The position numbers were made by a program, and so were the translations under genes. A stretch of DNA of 64,000 nt, from IMG/VR virus record IMGVR_UViG_3300021964_000012, positions 62,001 to 126,000 of that record; one strand, 5' to 3'. Shown in pieces: positions 1 to 9,747 of the stretch; the first letter of the stretch is position 1, and the number at the start of each line of letters is the position of its first letter. Below the pieces are notes generated by a model. It had not been told where the DNA came from. It saw nothing but the letters and a program-made list of their open reading frames with translations, and did not search any database.

Positions 1-1066
1 AATCGTTATTTGGATAAACTCTTTCTAAGAGTTTTGAATAAGCATTTGCAATAGTTTTTTCATTTATAGCAGGTCCTATTGTTTTATTATCAATTATACA
101 TGTCCATACGTATGCTAGATAATTCAGTACAATTGAAGGATTTTGTCCGTACCCAATATCATATGGTAAAGCATTATGTGTGCCAACAGGATTATAAACA
201 TTTGCCTCACATAAACGATCAACTTCTTTACCACTGAAAGTTGTAATATCATAATCTTTAAGTTGGAAGTTTGCCAGTTCTTCTACAATTGCAATCCAGC
301 GATCAGAACAATCCATGGCCTTTCCTGCTAACATTGCTATACCAGAGCATACCTGCACATGAAAGTGTCCGCGTCCAGGTGCATCTAGTTTATCCATATA
401 AGATAATTCATCTGCAACCATTGCAACTTGATCAAATATATCATGGACTCCTGGTGTCTGAAAGTAACTTTTGCCTCCATAAGGAGCAGAAACATTAAGT
501 GCACCACCTATTTGTCCTTTTTTAACTTTGAAGTTAGTAAAACGATTTAACAGGTTATTGGCACGAAATGCACTTGTGATCTTATCTGCTTTGGTTTCAA
601 CTGCATCCATACTATCAATAATACCATATAATTTACATGCTTCGTATGCATCATCTACTTCGTATACTCTAACTGATACTTGTTCTGGTATAGGAAGTGT
701 TTTGACATTGTTATTAACCACTTGATTTTCAATGTAGTGTTTCTTCCATGCATATTGTCTAGTATTACCGTCTAGTACATATGTTGTATCTTTTCTAAAA
801 AATGCTGGCTTACTTGTGGTTTCACCGGTATAATGAAGTAGGTCAACTTCAGCATGTTTATACATTGGAGTTACAAAACGTGTGGCGGCCCTTTTGGCAC
901 GACGTTCAACGTCTCGGTTAGCTGGAAATGTTGGAATTTTTAAAAAATCATCAAGTTTCATAATACTAGCAAGGTCTTTAGACATTGGAAACTTTTTTAT
1001 TTCATAAGTTTTTTCTTCGTTAACGTCAAATAGGTCGTTAGTGACCAGCTCTAGATTTTTGTTCAT
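1..1066 (-). CDS. ParB/Srx-like (DGNTR-motif) domain protein, 3' end runs off the window
   Basis: Not in the ORF track. Translated by hand from ATG at 1066 (preceded by AAGGA): MNKNLELVTNDLF...PANRDVERRAK...YVLDGNTRQYAW..., open to position 1. LDGNTR resembles the ParB/DGQHR motif. Confidence 0.65.
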   Translation of the reverse strand, partial: MNKNLELVTNDLFDVNEEKTYEIKKFPMSKDLASIMKLDDFLKIPTFPANRDVERRAKRAATRFVTPMYKHAEVDLLHYTGETTSKPAFFRKDTTYVLDGNTRQYAWKKHYIENQVVNNNVKTLPIPEQVSVRVYEVDDAYEACKLYGIIDSMDAVETKADKITSAFRANNLLNRFTNFKVKKGQIGGALNVSAPYGGKSYFQTPGVHDIFDQVAMVADELSYMDKLDAPGRGHFHVQVCSGIAMLAGKAMDCSDRWIAIVEELANFQLKDYDITTFSGKEVDRLCEANVYNPVGTHNALPYDIGYGQNPSIVLNYLAYVWTCIIDNKTIGPAINEKTIANAYSKLLERVYPNND

Positions 1067-1102
1067 AGTTTTTTCCTTGTTCTCAAACAATGTTAATGTA
1101 TC

Positions 1103-1180
1103 GTTAACCGCAGTTAACTTACACTTTAGTTATTCAACCAAGATTGTCTTGGTTAAAATTCTATACACAACGTATAGAAT
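1103..1180 (-). promoter_or_regulatory. Three tandem hairpins between tRNA-Trp and the ParB-like gene (terminator, processing or operator)
   Basis: ATTCTATAC/GTATAGAAT (1158-1180), AACCAAGA/TCTTGGTT (1136-1154), GTTAAC-CGCA-GTTAAC (1103-1118). Confidence 0.45.
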
Positions 1181-1183
1181 ACT

Positions 1184-1257
1184 TGGCAGAGGACCAAGGA
1201 GTCGAACCCTGGCTTAGTGGGTTGGAGCCACTCGTGCTACCGTAACACTTGTCCTCT
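1184..1257 (-). tRNA. tRNA-Trp (CCA)
   Basis: Reverse complement AGAGGAC...GTCCTCT-G-CCA acceptor; anticodon loop CT-CCA-AC; T-loop GGTTCGACTCC; encoded CCA. Confidence 0.95.
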
Positions 1258-1263
1258 ATAATT

Positions 1264-1340
<77 letters not shown>

Positions 1341-1348
1341 GTAATTCT

Positions 1349-1432
1349 TTATACGTTTATCGCAACGTACACTAATAATGCAAAAATTCCAATGTTAATT
1401 AACATATTCACATAATGTGGATTTGGTGCCAT
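1349..1432 (-). CDS. 27-aa membrane peptide
   Basis: MAPNPHYVNMLINIGIFALLVYVAINV with a strong AGGAG RBS, directly downstream of a sigma70-type promoter. Confidence 0.55.
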   Translation of the reverse strand: MAPNPHYVNMLINIGIFALLVYVAINV

Positions 1433-1454
1433 TGTATTCTCCTAATAAAAATAC

Positions 1455-1482
1455 ATTATAGCATCTTTAGAATAAAAGTCAA
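1455..1482 (-). promoter_or_regulatory. sigma70-type early promoter (drives peptide and tRNAs)
   Basis: TTGACT-16 nt-TATAAT with extended TG. Confidence 0.7.
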
Positions 1483-1567
1483 CCAAAATATATATTATAA
1501 AGTATGCCTATTGTGACTGCACATATCACACAGTTCAACAGATGAAGTGCAATGTAATCTTGTGGCT

Positions 1568-1756
1568 TCATAAACGTTCTCCAAGATTAGGAGTATCTTC
1601 AATACAAACATAGCCAACACCAGGCTTGGCTTTTATCTCTGCTTGAAGTGCATCCGCATAACACTCCTCCAAAGTGATATAATAATTAAGTGTTTTTCCT
1701 TCAACATTTCCTTGCAAAGAAATATACACCATTGTCAAAATGTATCCTAGTATCAT
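1568..1756 (-). CDS. small secreted/membrane hypothetical protein
   Basis: Hydrophobic N-terminus and a T-x-E-E-C...C pattern; similar to 13840..14073 and 52465..52704. Confidence 0.6.
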   Translation of the reverse strand: MILGYILTMVYISLQGNVEGKTLNYYITLEECYADALQAEIKAKPGVGYVCIEDTPNLGERL

Positions 1757-1890
1757 TTTCTATATGTCCCATCTCTGTTGAAAAATAATGCATTGAATGC
1801 ACAATAGTATATGCTGGCAAAACGTCCATACACAGGTGCTTGTTGTTTGTACCACCAAATAAAATCTTCACAAAATGTTTTATAATGCAT
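1753..1890 (-). CDS. 45-aa hypothetical protein
   Basis: MHYKTFCEDFIWWYKQQAP...; start and stop overlap both neighbours (TAATG, ATGA). Confidence 0.5.
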   Translation of the reverse strand: MHYKTFCEDFIWWYKQQAPVYGRFASIYYCAFNALFFNRDGTYRK

Positions 1891-2900
1891 TAGCCAAGTA
1901 TTGTTTTTTGTTCTTTAAGATTTTTTTGCAACTTTTCTTTAAAAAGTTGATTTCTAAAATTTGGTGTGATTGTAAGCAGAGCTTGTTTTAAATTAGGTTC
2001 ACTGGTATGAATAATATTAAAACATTTTTTGAGAAAAATGTTTTCTAACAGTAGATCAACATTGTGTTGTAATCTTATTCTATTATCTTCCAGTATTGTT
2101 TTAAGCACTGCAACATCTTCAAACAGATGAAGGTTAAGTTCTAAAGACTGCACACATCGTTCTCTCGGATCTTCTAAAGATTCATAGCTGTGATCTACTA
2201 TATCATCAAATACATCAAATCCTAAGTTACGCATCGCGGTTGCATTTTTCCAACCGCCAAACCAAATTGGCAAAGTTCCACCCATTATAGACATAAAAGT
2301 TTTTTCAGTAAGTAAAGATTCCTTTTCATAATAGCATGGTTCGGTAATTATACTGATGCAACTTGGTTCAAATACTGTTTCTTTTAATAACTTGTTGTAT
2401 GTTTCTGCGTTCTTAAAGTTGCCATTTTTGATACTCTGTCCTAGTTGCACCTCAGGGCCAAATCTAAAATCAGTAACTGGTATGTCGTTCACGTCGTTAT
2501 ATTGCCAGGCTAAACTATGGGTATAGTTTTTAAAATTTAGACGTTTGATTTCTTCAAGTAATAATTTTCTATGAATTCTTGATTTGTTTATTGCAAAATT
2601 AAAAATTGCGGTCTTGTCTTTCCAATTAGTTTCTATATTCTGCTCTATAAACTCTTGGCATTCACTTGCTAAGAATATAGGAAAATAAACTAAATTGTAT
2701 TCTGACAATACATCATCATGAAGAACATGATCAAATATCAAAGTGTGTGATTTAGGATCACAGGCGCTGCTGTCTAAAAGTTTTTTTACATGAAAACATT
2801 GATCTTCTTCGTCGAAACAATGATCATTAATCCATATAAATTCAGGGTTAGTAAGTATTTCGCCCTTGTACTTGTAGGTTGGTCCAAGCAGTTCAATCAT
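1890..2900 (-). CDS. exostosin/GT10-like putative glycosyltransferase (TEKT family)
   Basis: NK-x-R-x-HR, IITEP, LTEKT, LGFDVFDDIVDHSYE motifs; paralog of 3641..4600 and 48868..49938. Start refined to MIELLGP. Confidence 0.55.
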   Translation of the reverse strand: MIELLGPTYKYKGEILTNPEFIWINDHCFDEEDQCFHVKKLLDSSACDPKSHTLIFDHVLHDDVLSEYNLVYFPIFLASECQEFIEQNIETNWKDKTAIFNFAINKSRIHRKLLLEEIKRLNFKNYTHSLAWQYNDVNDIPVTDFRFGPEVQLGQSIKNGNFKNAETYNKLLKETVFEPSCISIITEPCYYEKESLLTEKTFMSIMGGTLPIWFGGWKNATAMRNLGFDVFDDIVDHSYESLEDPRERCVQSLELNLHLFEDVAVLKTILEDNRIRLQHNVDLLLENIFLKKCFNIIHTSEPNLKQALLTITPNFRNQLFKEKLQKNLKEQKTILG

Positions 2901-3648
2901 TAAACCGTACTCCAGTCTTATCAATTTTTCTCTTTACAAATCGTGCATATTCTTGATGGGCTTCTCGAAAATAATGTCCACGAGGTTCTCTAGGAAATTC
3001 TTTTGTATCACAAAAATTACAAAATTCTAAACGGTGCCCGGGCAATGGACGGTAGATATCTTCTGGCCATGGAAATTGATGATGTATTCCTTGAAAACTA
3101 TCAAGGTTAATAACTTTAATACTTTTGCTTCGGGCTATTGCATTTAGTGCTAGTATATTTTTTAGCTTATTATTGTAGGCCCTTTGTTCATTGCCTTCAT
3201 AGGTAAGCCATTGTTTTCCATAGTTTTCGTAAAGCTCGTGGTCTTTGACTTTGGTTAGAACATTCCTACCTTGTAACAGTATATCATTTGGTGTTTTGGT
3301 AAATGAATCACTGTTTCCAACATTGATTGGAATCCAATAGTTGTGTTCTGTGTGAAACAGTTCACCACGATCTTTGCCTGTCCAGCAGGCTATTACTAGA
3401 TCAAAGTTATCTGCTTGTTCTAAAAATATTCTAAACATAGCATCATTTGATCCACCGCTTATTGCATGATTGTGTGGTGTGTATCCCAATAATTCAGCTA
3501 ACTTTACAGGGTAACTGTTTTTTGCACCGTACTCTGCCTCAATTTGATAATGGTCCTTTCCAGGTTCTCCTGCTAATACCAAACCTGGTTCTTCATGCAT
3601 TAGTGCACCAGCCGCATGTGAACATCCTAGTATAAGTGCGTTAGGCAT
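2893..3648 (-). CDS. SGNH/GDSL-like hydrolase or acyltransferase
   Basis: LGCSH, NHAISGGSN, WT..DR.E and C-terminal GHY motifs. Confidence 0.65.
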   Translation of the reverse strand: MPNALILGCSHAAGALMHEEPGLVLAGEPGKDHYQIEAEYGAKNSYPVKLAELLGYTPHNHAISGGSNDAMFRIFLEQADNFDLVIACWTGKDRGELFHTEHNYWIPINVGNSDSFTKTPNDILLQGRNVLTKVKDHELYENYGKQWLTYEGNEQRAYNNKLKNILALNAIARSKSIKVINLDSFQGIHHQFPWPEDIYRPLPGHRLEFCNFCDTKEFPREPRGHYFREAHQEYARFVKRKIDKTGVRFND

Positions 3649-4600
3649 CGGCTATTGCTTTTTTAACTTCTTGTAACTTTTGAGGCCAACGTTCAGTGTA
3701 ACCGTCAAGTAACTGTTTGTTTGTTGCAGCCGCAACTTCAAATCTTTCATAGTCTCTACGTGTGTATACTTTTTCTATAAACGTTTCTAATTGGTCTAAT
3801 AACATACGCATTCTATCTATTTTTCGAAATTCGTCATCGTATGAGTGATCTACATAATCATCTAGTACATCAAAACCATGTGTCCTAAGCAGAGATACAC
3901 TTTTAGGACTACAAAACAACAACCATGGACGTGGTAATTGTAATGCTCTAAACAGTTTTTCACTGAAGGTTATATGATCTTCATTCATAAAAGTTTCTAA
4001 AATAAAACTTACATTGGTTTTCATAATGACTTGTTCAAGGGATCCAAGGCGATCAACCTTGTTGTATGGTACAAGATCTTGTGCAATTAAGTGTTCATGG
4101 TTGTAACGAGACATTTGACCTGACTGATACTGGTTGTTTAGTTCTTCTTGTGTTATGTTATAACTCACTGCACCTTTGTCAAGTAAATTTCTACGTATTA
4201 ATTCGTAAAAAACTTCGTTTCTATCTCCTCGTACTCTGTTCATAAAACAGTTGTATCCCTGCGAGTCACAGTCTTCGTACACAGGATCAAAACGCCACAT
4301 ATGCCAAAGCTCTGGGAGTAAACTTATTACCTTGCCTGCGACCGAACGTAGTGCATGGTTGTCTGTAACTATGGTTGCATTAGGATCAGTCCAAGCATCA
4401 GGTGTAGGTTGAAACACACTATCAACGAATCTACAATGTAATCTCTGGTTGTCTTTTTGATATCCGTATGGATATCCAAAATTGTTACTATCATGTATTG
4501 TGGCCACATAGCCATGATCAAGTATGTACTTGCTTAAATCTTTTATTATTATAGGCTCTCTTTTGTCAGAGATCCAAATTCCATCGTTGCGTAGTGTCAT
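3641..4600 (-). CDS. exostosin/GT10-like putative glycosyltransferase (TEKT family)
   Basis: FMNRVRGDR, ILET, FSEKL, GFDVLDDYVDHSYD motifs. Confidence 0.55.
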   Translation of the reverse strand: MTLRNDGIWISDKREPIIIKDLSKYILDHGYVATIHDSNNFGYPYGYQKDNQRLHCRFVDSVFQPTPDAWTDPNATIVTDNHALRSVAGKVISLLPELWHMWRFDPVYEDCDSQGYNCFMNRVRGDRNEVFYELIRRNLLDKGAVSYNITQEELNNQYQSGQMSRYNHEHLIAQDLVPYNKVDRLGSLEQVIMKTNVSFILETFMNEDHITFSEKLFRALQLPRPWLLFCSPKSVSLLRTHGFDVLDDYVDHSYDDEFRKIDRMRMLLDQLETFIEKVYTRRDYERFEVAAATNKQLLDGYTERWPQKLQEVKKAIADA

Positions 4601-4607
4601 GACTAAT

Positions 4608-4614
4608 TACTTAT
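4608..4614 (-). promoter_or_regulatory. putative phage late promoter ATAAGTA
   Basis: T4-late-like box 7 nt upstream of the ATG at 4600; the same motif recurs before other genes. Confidence 0.45.
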
Positions 4615-5325
4615 ATGGCATACTGGGACAACCCTATAAAAACATATACCAACACAGTTCTTTCATACGAACGCGACTGTGATCCTATAGTACACAGTTC
4701 GCACGGAGGAGAACATTGTATATTTTTCCAACCCATGCTTCCAAAAGGTATTTTACAGTACCAACAGAAGTTAACAGATCTCTGTGATTGGGCAAACAAT
4801 CGCACTAATACTTTTACTGATCAGCCTGAAAATTTTTATGATATTGCAAATCTTGTTAAACTTAATCTATGGGTCACAGACATAAGAACACAAGGCATTG
4901 TTAAACCTTTGTTACTTGCATATGTAGAAGAAGATAAACCTTACCTAATCAACAATGGTGAAAGTAGACTGAGATGCTTGGAAATAATTCCTGAAGTTAA
5001 AACAGTGGATTGTTTTATAACCACTCATAGACGTCATGCTGATCGATTTCGAGCATTGCCACAAATTGAAAATTTTTCACAGTACGCAGAAATCTGTAGA
5101 GCTGAGATTGGACAACAGTTTCAATTTAGATTTACTGATCGTAATGCACCCTACGGTATAGATTGGTATGAAACCAACAGTCAAAAGACTGGTCAATTAA
5201 TGCTTTCACAAGAAGAATGTAGATTACTAATTAAAAATTATCTTAGAGAACACCCATTGGTAGTGTTTTCTCCAGACTGGTTTTCAACAGCAGTTGACTG
5301 GGATCTTTATAGAAAGAATCTGTAA
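4615..5325 (+). CDS. ParB/Srx-like domain protein
   Basis: GIVKPLLL...INNGESRLR resembles the ParB core; one of only two plausible plus-strand genes. Confidence 0.5.
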   Translation: MAYWDNPIKTYTNTVLSYERDCDPIVHSSHGGEHCIFFQPMLPKGILQYQQKLTDLCDWANNRTNTFTDQPENFYDIANLVKLNLWVTDIRTQGIVKPLLLAYVEEDKPYLINNGESRLRCLEIIPEVKTVDCFITTHRRHADRFRALPQIENFSQYAEICRAEIGQQFQFRFTDRNAPYGIDWYETNSQKTGQLMLSQEECRLLIKNYLREHPLVVFSPDWFSTAVDWDLYRKNL

Positions 5326-6757
5326 CTGCATCACGCCATTGCGTATTTCTATTTGTATCGCTAACTTTTACATTTAAATAAGGCAAACTATCGTTGCAAT
5401 GTCCACTAAAACCTTTTTTGGGCCATATATGTGATTCTTTCCAATGTTCTAAAAACAAATCTCTAATCAATGGCTTTGGGAATGTGCCTACTTTATATTC
5501 GAAAGGTAAATTAAGTGCAAATTGCATAATTGGTCTTGCAAGAAACGGGTTACGTGCTTCTATGCCAAATGCGCCTGCAATAGTATCCACACCTCTTATA
5601 TCGCATCCTGAAATTTGATGCCAATAGTCAGCAAGTAATGTGGCTTGTCCTGGATGCTGATTGTAACTATCTAAACACCATTTCCATAATGGAGAACCGT
5701 TACTGTATGGACTGTTGTTATTGTATTTTAATGTTTGATATATATTATAGCCACCAAACAATTCGTCGGCACCAGCACCAGTGAATAACACACGTTGTTT
5801 ACAATTTTTTGCTATTGCCCATTGACCAACAAAACTCCAACTTTGTACAGGCATTTTAGTTCGTGCAATTACATCAATAAAATCTCGTGCCCAATCTTCG
5901 TTGTTAATATGCAATTGATTAAGACGAGACATTTGACTGCCAGTCAAAAAGTCTTCGATATGATCTACAATTGGGTCTTTGCCAATCATGTTTGTTGTGT
6001 ATAATTCTGCACTATCCAGTTCAGCGAGAATAATACTACTATCCATTCCGCAACTATATGTCAGTGCATGATTGCATTGGGGTGTCATTTGACTAATAGT
6101 TTGCTTCCACAAAGCACCAAACTCTTCTCTTGCTTCTTGATAGGTGCAAGACTGAGGACGAATCCAATTCCATAGCATGTCTATTGGATTAGTAATTGTA
6201 CCGTCACGATATTCCCATCCTGGTATTACTCTTGTTATACCCTGATAAGGAGTTTGCTCTAGCATGGTCCAATGTCTAGTATTATAGGTTTGTTTTACTT
6301 TAGTGCAGTCAATGTATTCAAGTATAGGGGCAACTTCACTACACACTATTAGTATATCTTTATCTTTATACTGGTATAATGTTTTTTCGCCTTGAGGGTC
6401 AGCAGCATATCTCACAGTTTTTTTATCAGTCCAGGCCCATGCCCATGGACCCCAACCTTGAGCCAATAGTTTTGAATTTATGTTTACACATTCATCTACA
6501 AACTCTATATCATTAGAATAACTACCAATGTCTTTATAGTTGTATATTTCGCCATTGTATGCTAGAAAGTTTTCGTGAGAATGTTTGTAGTATTCATCTG
6601 AACCGGTTATGTGCAGTATAGCCTGTGCAATAAAAATATTATCGCTATGTTGATACCTTACACTGTCTGGCCCTCGGCTTTTCAATATATCAAGGGCTCG
6701 ATGATGTTGTTCTATAGGTAGTTTTTCTTTGCTTTTGACTAATAAGATGCCACACAT
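5243..6757 (-). CDS. asnB: asparagine synthetase B-like glutamine amidotransferase
   Basis: N-terminal MCGI (Ntn Cys), RGPD, NGEIYN, S-x-G-x-DSS, GAGADELFGGY, EARNPFL. Confidence 0.85.
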   Translation of the reverse strand: MCGILLVKSKEKLPIEQHHRALDILKSRGPDSVRYQHSDNIFIAQAILHITGSDEYYKHSHENFLAYNGEIYNYKDIGSYSNDIEFVDECVNINSKLLAQGWGPWAWAWTDKKTVRYAADPQGEKTLYQYKDKDILIVCSEVAPILEYIDCTKVKQTYNTRHWTMLEQTPYQGITRVIPGWEYRDGTITNPIDMLWNWIRPQSCTYQEAREEFGALWKQTISQMTPQCNHALTYSCGMDSSIILAELDSAELYTTNMIGKDPIVDHIEDFLTGSQMSRLNQLHINNEDWARDFIDVIARTKMPVQSWSFVGQWAIAKNCKQRVLFTGAGADELFGGYNIYQTLKYNNNSPYSNGSPLWKWCLDSYNQHPGQATLLADYWHQISGCDIRGVDTIAGAFGIEARNPFLARPIMQFALNLPFEYKVGTFPKPLIRDLFLEHWKESHIWPKKGFSGHCNDSLPYLNVKVSDTNRNTQWRDAVTDSFYKDPSQLLLKTSLEKTLPMGVL

Positions 6758-7897
6758 TTACTTTAGCAATTCGCAAATTTTATGTGCAATGGACTTAAAA
6801 TCTTTTTCTACTAAACCTCGTGTGGTTTCAGCGGCAGTTCCTATTCTTATTCCTGATGTTTCAACAAAGTTACGTGGATCGTTTGGCACACCGTTCTTGT
6901 TAACAGTAATACCATGCTCTTCTAGTATGTCTGCAGCCTGTCTACCACTGTGTTTACTTTTGCTTAGATCCATCAGTATGATATGACTGTCTGTACCACC
7001 AGTCTGCACTGGAAATCCTTTAGATTCAAATACTGTACACATTGCTTGAGCATTTTTTACAACCTGATCAGCATACTGTTCAAAACTAGGAAGTAATGCT
7101 TCACTATAACACTGTGCTTTCGCTGCAATAATATTCATGAGGGGACCGCCCTGTGTTCCTGGAAAGATTGCACTGTTTATACGACGAGTGTAATCAGGAT
7201 TGTTCCACAGTATCATTCCGCCTCTTGGTCCACGTAGTGTTTTATGTGTGGTGCTGGTAACAACATCTGCAAAAGGCAATGGTGATCCATATACACCACC
7301 TGCAACCAGTCCACTGTAGTGTGCCATGTCAACTACAAGAATAGCACCAACACTTTCAGCAATGTCTTTAAAAGCACTCCAGTCTATCTGCCTTGGATAT
7401 GCACTTGCACCTGCTACAATTACTCGTGGCATATTTAAACGTGCTATGCCTTCGATCTTATCGTAGTCGAGGAAACCATGATCGTCTACTCCATAGGTCA
7501 CACTATTGTAAACTTTACCACTAAGTGTAGGCGAAGCACCATGTGATAGGTGTCCGCCACTTGCTAGATCCATGCCCATTAGAACATCACCGGGTTTCAT
7601 AAATGCTTGATAAACGGCAGTATTTGCATTAACACCTGAGTGTGGTTGAACATTTGCAAATTCACAATCGTATAATTCGCAAACCTGTGCTATTGCTAAA
7701 CTCTCAATGACATCCATATTTTCGCAACCGTTGTAGTAACGTTTGCCTGGATAACCTTCAGCATATTTGTTGGTGAATACACTGCCACATAGTTCCATTA
7801 CGGCTTCACTTGCAAAGTTTTCACTGGCTATTAGTTCAAGAGTATCTTTTTGTCTGCCAAATTCTTTTGTAAGAATGTATCTAATATCTGGATTCAT
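6758..7897 (-). CDS. glyA: serine hydroxymethyltransferase
   Basis: LIASENF, NKYAEGYPGKRYY, GGHLSHG, TTHKTLRGPRGG (PLP Lys), SGIRIGT. Confidence 0.97.
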   Translation of the reverse strand: MNPDIRYILTKEFGRQKDTLELIASENFASEAVMELCGSVFTNKYAEGYPGKRYYNGCENMDVIESLAIAQVCELYDCEFANVQPHSGVNANTAVYQAFMKPGDVLMGMDLASGGHLSHGASPTLSGKVYNSVTYGVDDHGFLDYDKIEGIARLNMPRVIVAGASAYPRQIDWSAFKDIAESVGAILVVDMAHYSGLVAGGVYGSPLPFADVVTSTTHKTLRGPRGGMILWNNPDYTRRINSAIFPGTQGGPLMNIIAAKAQCYSEALLPSFEQYADQVVKNAQAMCTVFESKGFPVQTGGTDSHIILMDLSKSKHSGRQAADILEEHGITVNKNGVPNDPRNFVETSGIRIGTAAETTRGLVEKDFKSIAHKICELLK

Positions 7898-7898
7898 A

Positions 7899-8102
7899 CT
7901 ACTTGCTATGACTTGGCATTTTGGTTTCTATAAACCAAACATGCTTTTGTAATTTAGGATGATATTTTTTTACACGTATCTTTTTACCTTCACGTATCAT
8001 ACTCACAGTTTTGTGTGCTAGGTAATGATAGGTTGCGTTCTCACGTTTTTCGCCTTCAGGTATCATCCATGCTTTGGAGTCTTTATTTTTTTTAGCTGCC
8101 AT
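7899..8102 (-). CDS. rpmG: 50S ribosomal protein L33 (Zn-free type)
   Basis: Basic 67 aa with Y-x-Y-x-x-x-K...K-x-x-x-KKYHPKLQKHVWFIETK, the bL33 C-terminal signature; no Cys. Confidence 0.8.
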   Translation of the reverse strand: MAAKKNKDSKAWMIPEGEKRENATYHYLAHKTVSMIREGKKIRVKKYHPKLQKHVWFIETKMPSHSK

Positions 8103-8628
8103 CTACTGTTCCTGTTATTGTCATTGTACGTCTTATCTCTACACCTGCATTCACACCACTGTGTAGTATTTTCTGCCAAGGTGTAATGTCAAACACATCG
8201 CCTGCACTGTAGTTAGTTACAACTTGATCATCACCCATAAAAAGTGCATGTCCCATTTTATAGTCACCACAGGGTATCCAAAGCCTTTTTATGTCTCTGT
8301 TTACCCATCTATACTTTTTCCGTGACTGTGTATATGCATCAACATGAGGTTCAGTAAAACTTGCAGGTGGCAGTTCAATTATCCTGATAAGTGTTTTTCC
8401 AGTGTATCCTTCTGATGCTAAAAATCCGTCTGGTAACCATGTATGGAACGTATCGCTGGTATAACAATGATGGGCACAGTTATCAGTGTTGTAATATTTT
8501 TCACCATTGGCTATCATCTGTCTAAGAGTAATGTGTGGAGCCGGCTTACGGACACAACCATCTTCACGGTTTAGTCTATCATTAAACCAAACCCAATCAA
8601 TATCCAGTTTATTATGCGGCTTCAGCAA
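8092..8628 (-). CDS. cupin-fold Fe(II)/2OG-type oxygenase (Asp/Asn beta-hydroxylase-like), copy 3
   Basis: PHVD...RLWIPC...HSGVN...RR motifs. Confidence 0.7.
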   Translation of the reverse strand: MLKPHNKLDIDWVWFNDRLNREDGCVRKPAPHITLRQMIANGEKYYNTDNCAHHCYTSDTFHTWLPDGFLASEGYTGKTLIRIIELPPASFTEPHVDAYTQSRKKYRWVNRDIKRLWIPCGDYKMGHALFMGDDQVVTNYSAGDVFDITPWQKILHSGVNAGVEIRRTMTITGTVDGS

Positions 8629-9169
8629 CTTCTTCTCCGGTAACAGTCATAACTCTGCGTGTCTTTGTTCCAATATTAAATGCACTATGCATTATGTTCT
8701 GCGGAAATTCAAAAACATCGCCTGCTTTATAGTCAATCACAACTTGTTTCTCAACACAAAGCACATGTCCAAATTCATAGTCCATACAAGGAATCCAAAG
8801 GCGTTTTACTCTAGCATCCTTAGCCAATCCAAACTTGCGTTTGGCACTATTATATGTGTCCATGTGAGGCCATGTGTTTGTTCCTGGCGGATGTTCAAGT
8901 ATTTTTATAAGCACATTAGTTTCGCTTATTCCATTACGTTTCAAGAAGCCTTCAGGAAGTAGTGGTACAAATGTGTGTGACTCATACATAATTTTTTGTG
9001 CATTTAGTTGGTTAAGAATTGATTGTAGCTCATTGGGTATCTGTTCATAGCCTTCTTTATCGTACACATTTTCTAACAAAGCACCTCTGCTGACTTCAAC
9101 ATCCACTCTGTTGTCTAGTTGTTCGTTAAATGCTTCCCAATCAATATCTAATCGATCTTGTTTTAGCAA
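8612..9169 (-). CDS. cupin-fold Fe(II)/2OG-type oxygenase, copy 2
   Basis: PHMD...RLWIPC...HSAFN...RR motifs. Confidence 0.7.
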   Translation of the reverse strand: MLKQDRLDIDWEAFNEQLDNRVDVEVSRGALLENVYDKEGYEQIPNELQSILNQLNAQKIMYESHTFVPLLPEGFLKRNGISETNVLIKILEHPPGTNTWPHMDTYNSAKRKFGLAKDARVKRLWIPCMDYEFGHVLCVEKQVVIDYKAGDVFEFPQNIMHSAFNIGTKTRRVMTVTGEEVAEAA

Positions 9170-9738
9170 ACTTCAACTCCTCTAAAGCCTTTGCGGTCTA
9201 TTGCTTCGCCAGTTACTGTAATTATTCTACGTGTTTCAACTCCAAGGTTACCAGCACTATGCAGTATGTCACCGGGTATCTCATACACATCACCTGCTTT
9301 ATAATCGGTCATAATAAAATCATCACCAACACAAAGTATATGTCCAAACTTATAGTCGGTGCATGGTATCCATAATCTTTTTACTGGGCCGTCCTCAGCT
9401 AGATCAAATTTTTCTTTTGTGATATGATACCCATCTAAGTGGGGTTGTGTTACAACTCCTGGTTCATGCTCAAGAACTTTTATTATAACACGACCATCCA
9501 TACCTACTGTGGGCCAGAAATCTTTTGGAAACATATCAATAAAGTCATCGCTTACGTATTCTGTATAAATGCAAGTTGCTTTATCATAATGATGTTCATT
9601 TACTTTGTAGTTGTTGTCATATGTTTCTTGTTTTAGTGGCCAGTTATATTCTGTTGGCTTTTTAACTACACCATCAATATTGTCAATTCTGGCATTGAAT
9701 GCTTGCCAATCAATATGCAAGTGCCCTATTTTTTCCAT
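9163..9738 (-). CDS. cupin-fold Fe(II)/2OG-type oxygenase, copy 1
   Basis: PHLD...RLWIPC...HSAGN...RR motifs. Confidence 0.7.
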   Translation of the reverse strand: MEKIGHLHIDWQAFNARIDNIDGVVKKPTEYNWPLKQETYDNNYKVNEHHYDKATCIYTEYVSDDFIDMFPKDFWPTVGMDGRVIIKVLEHEPGVVTQPHLDGYHITKEKFDLAEDGPVKRLWIPCTDYKFGHILCVGDDFIMTDYKAGDVYEIPGDILHSAGNLGVETRRIITVTGEAIDRKGFRGVEVC

Positions 9739-9747
9739 GTTTAGCTC

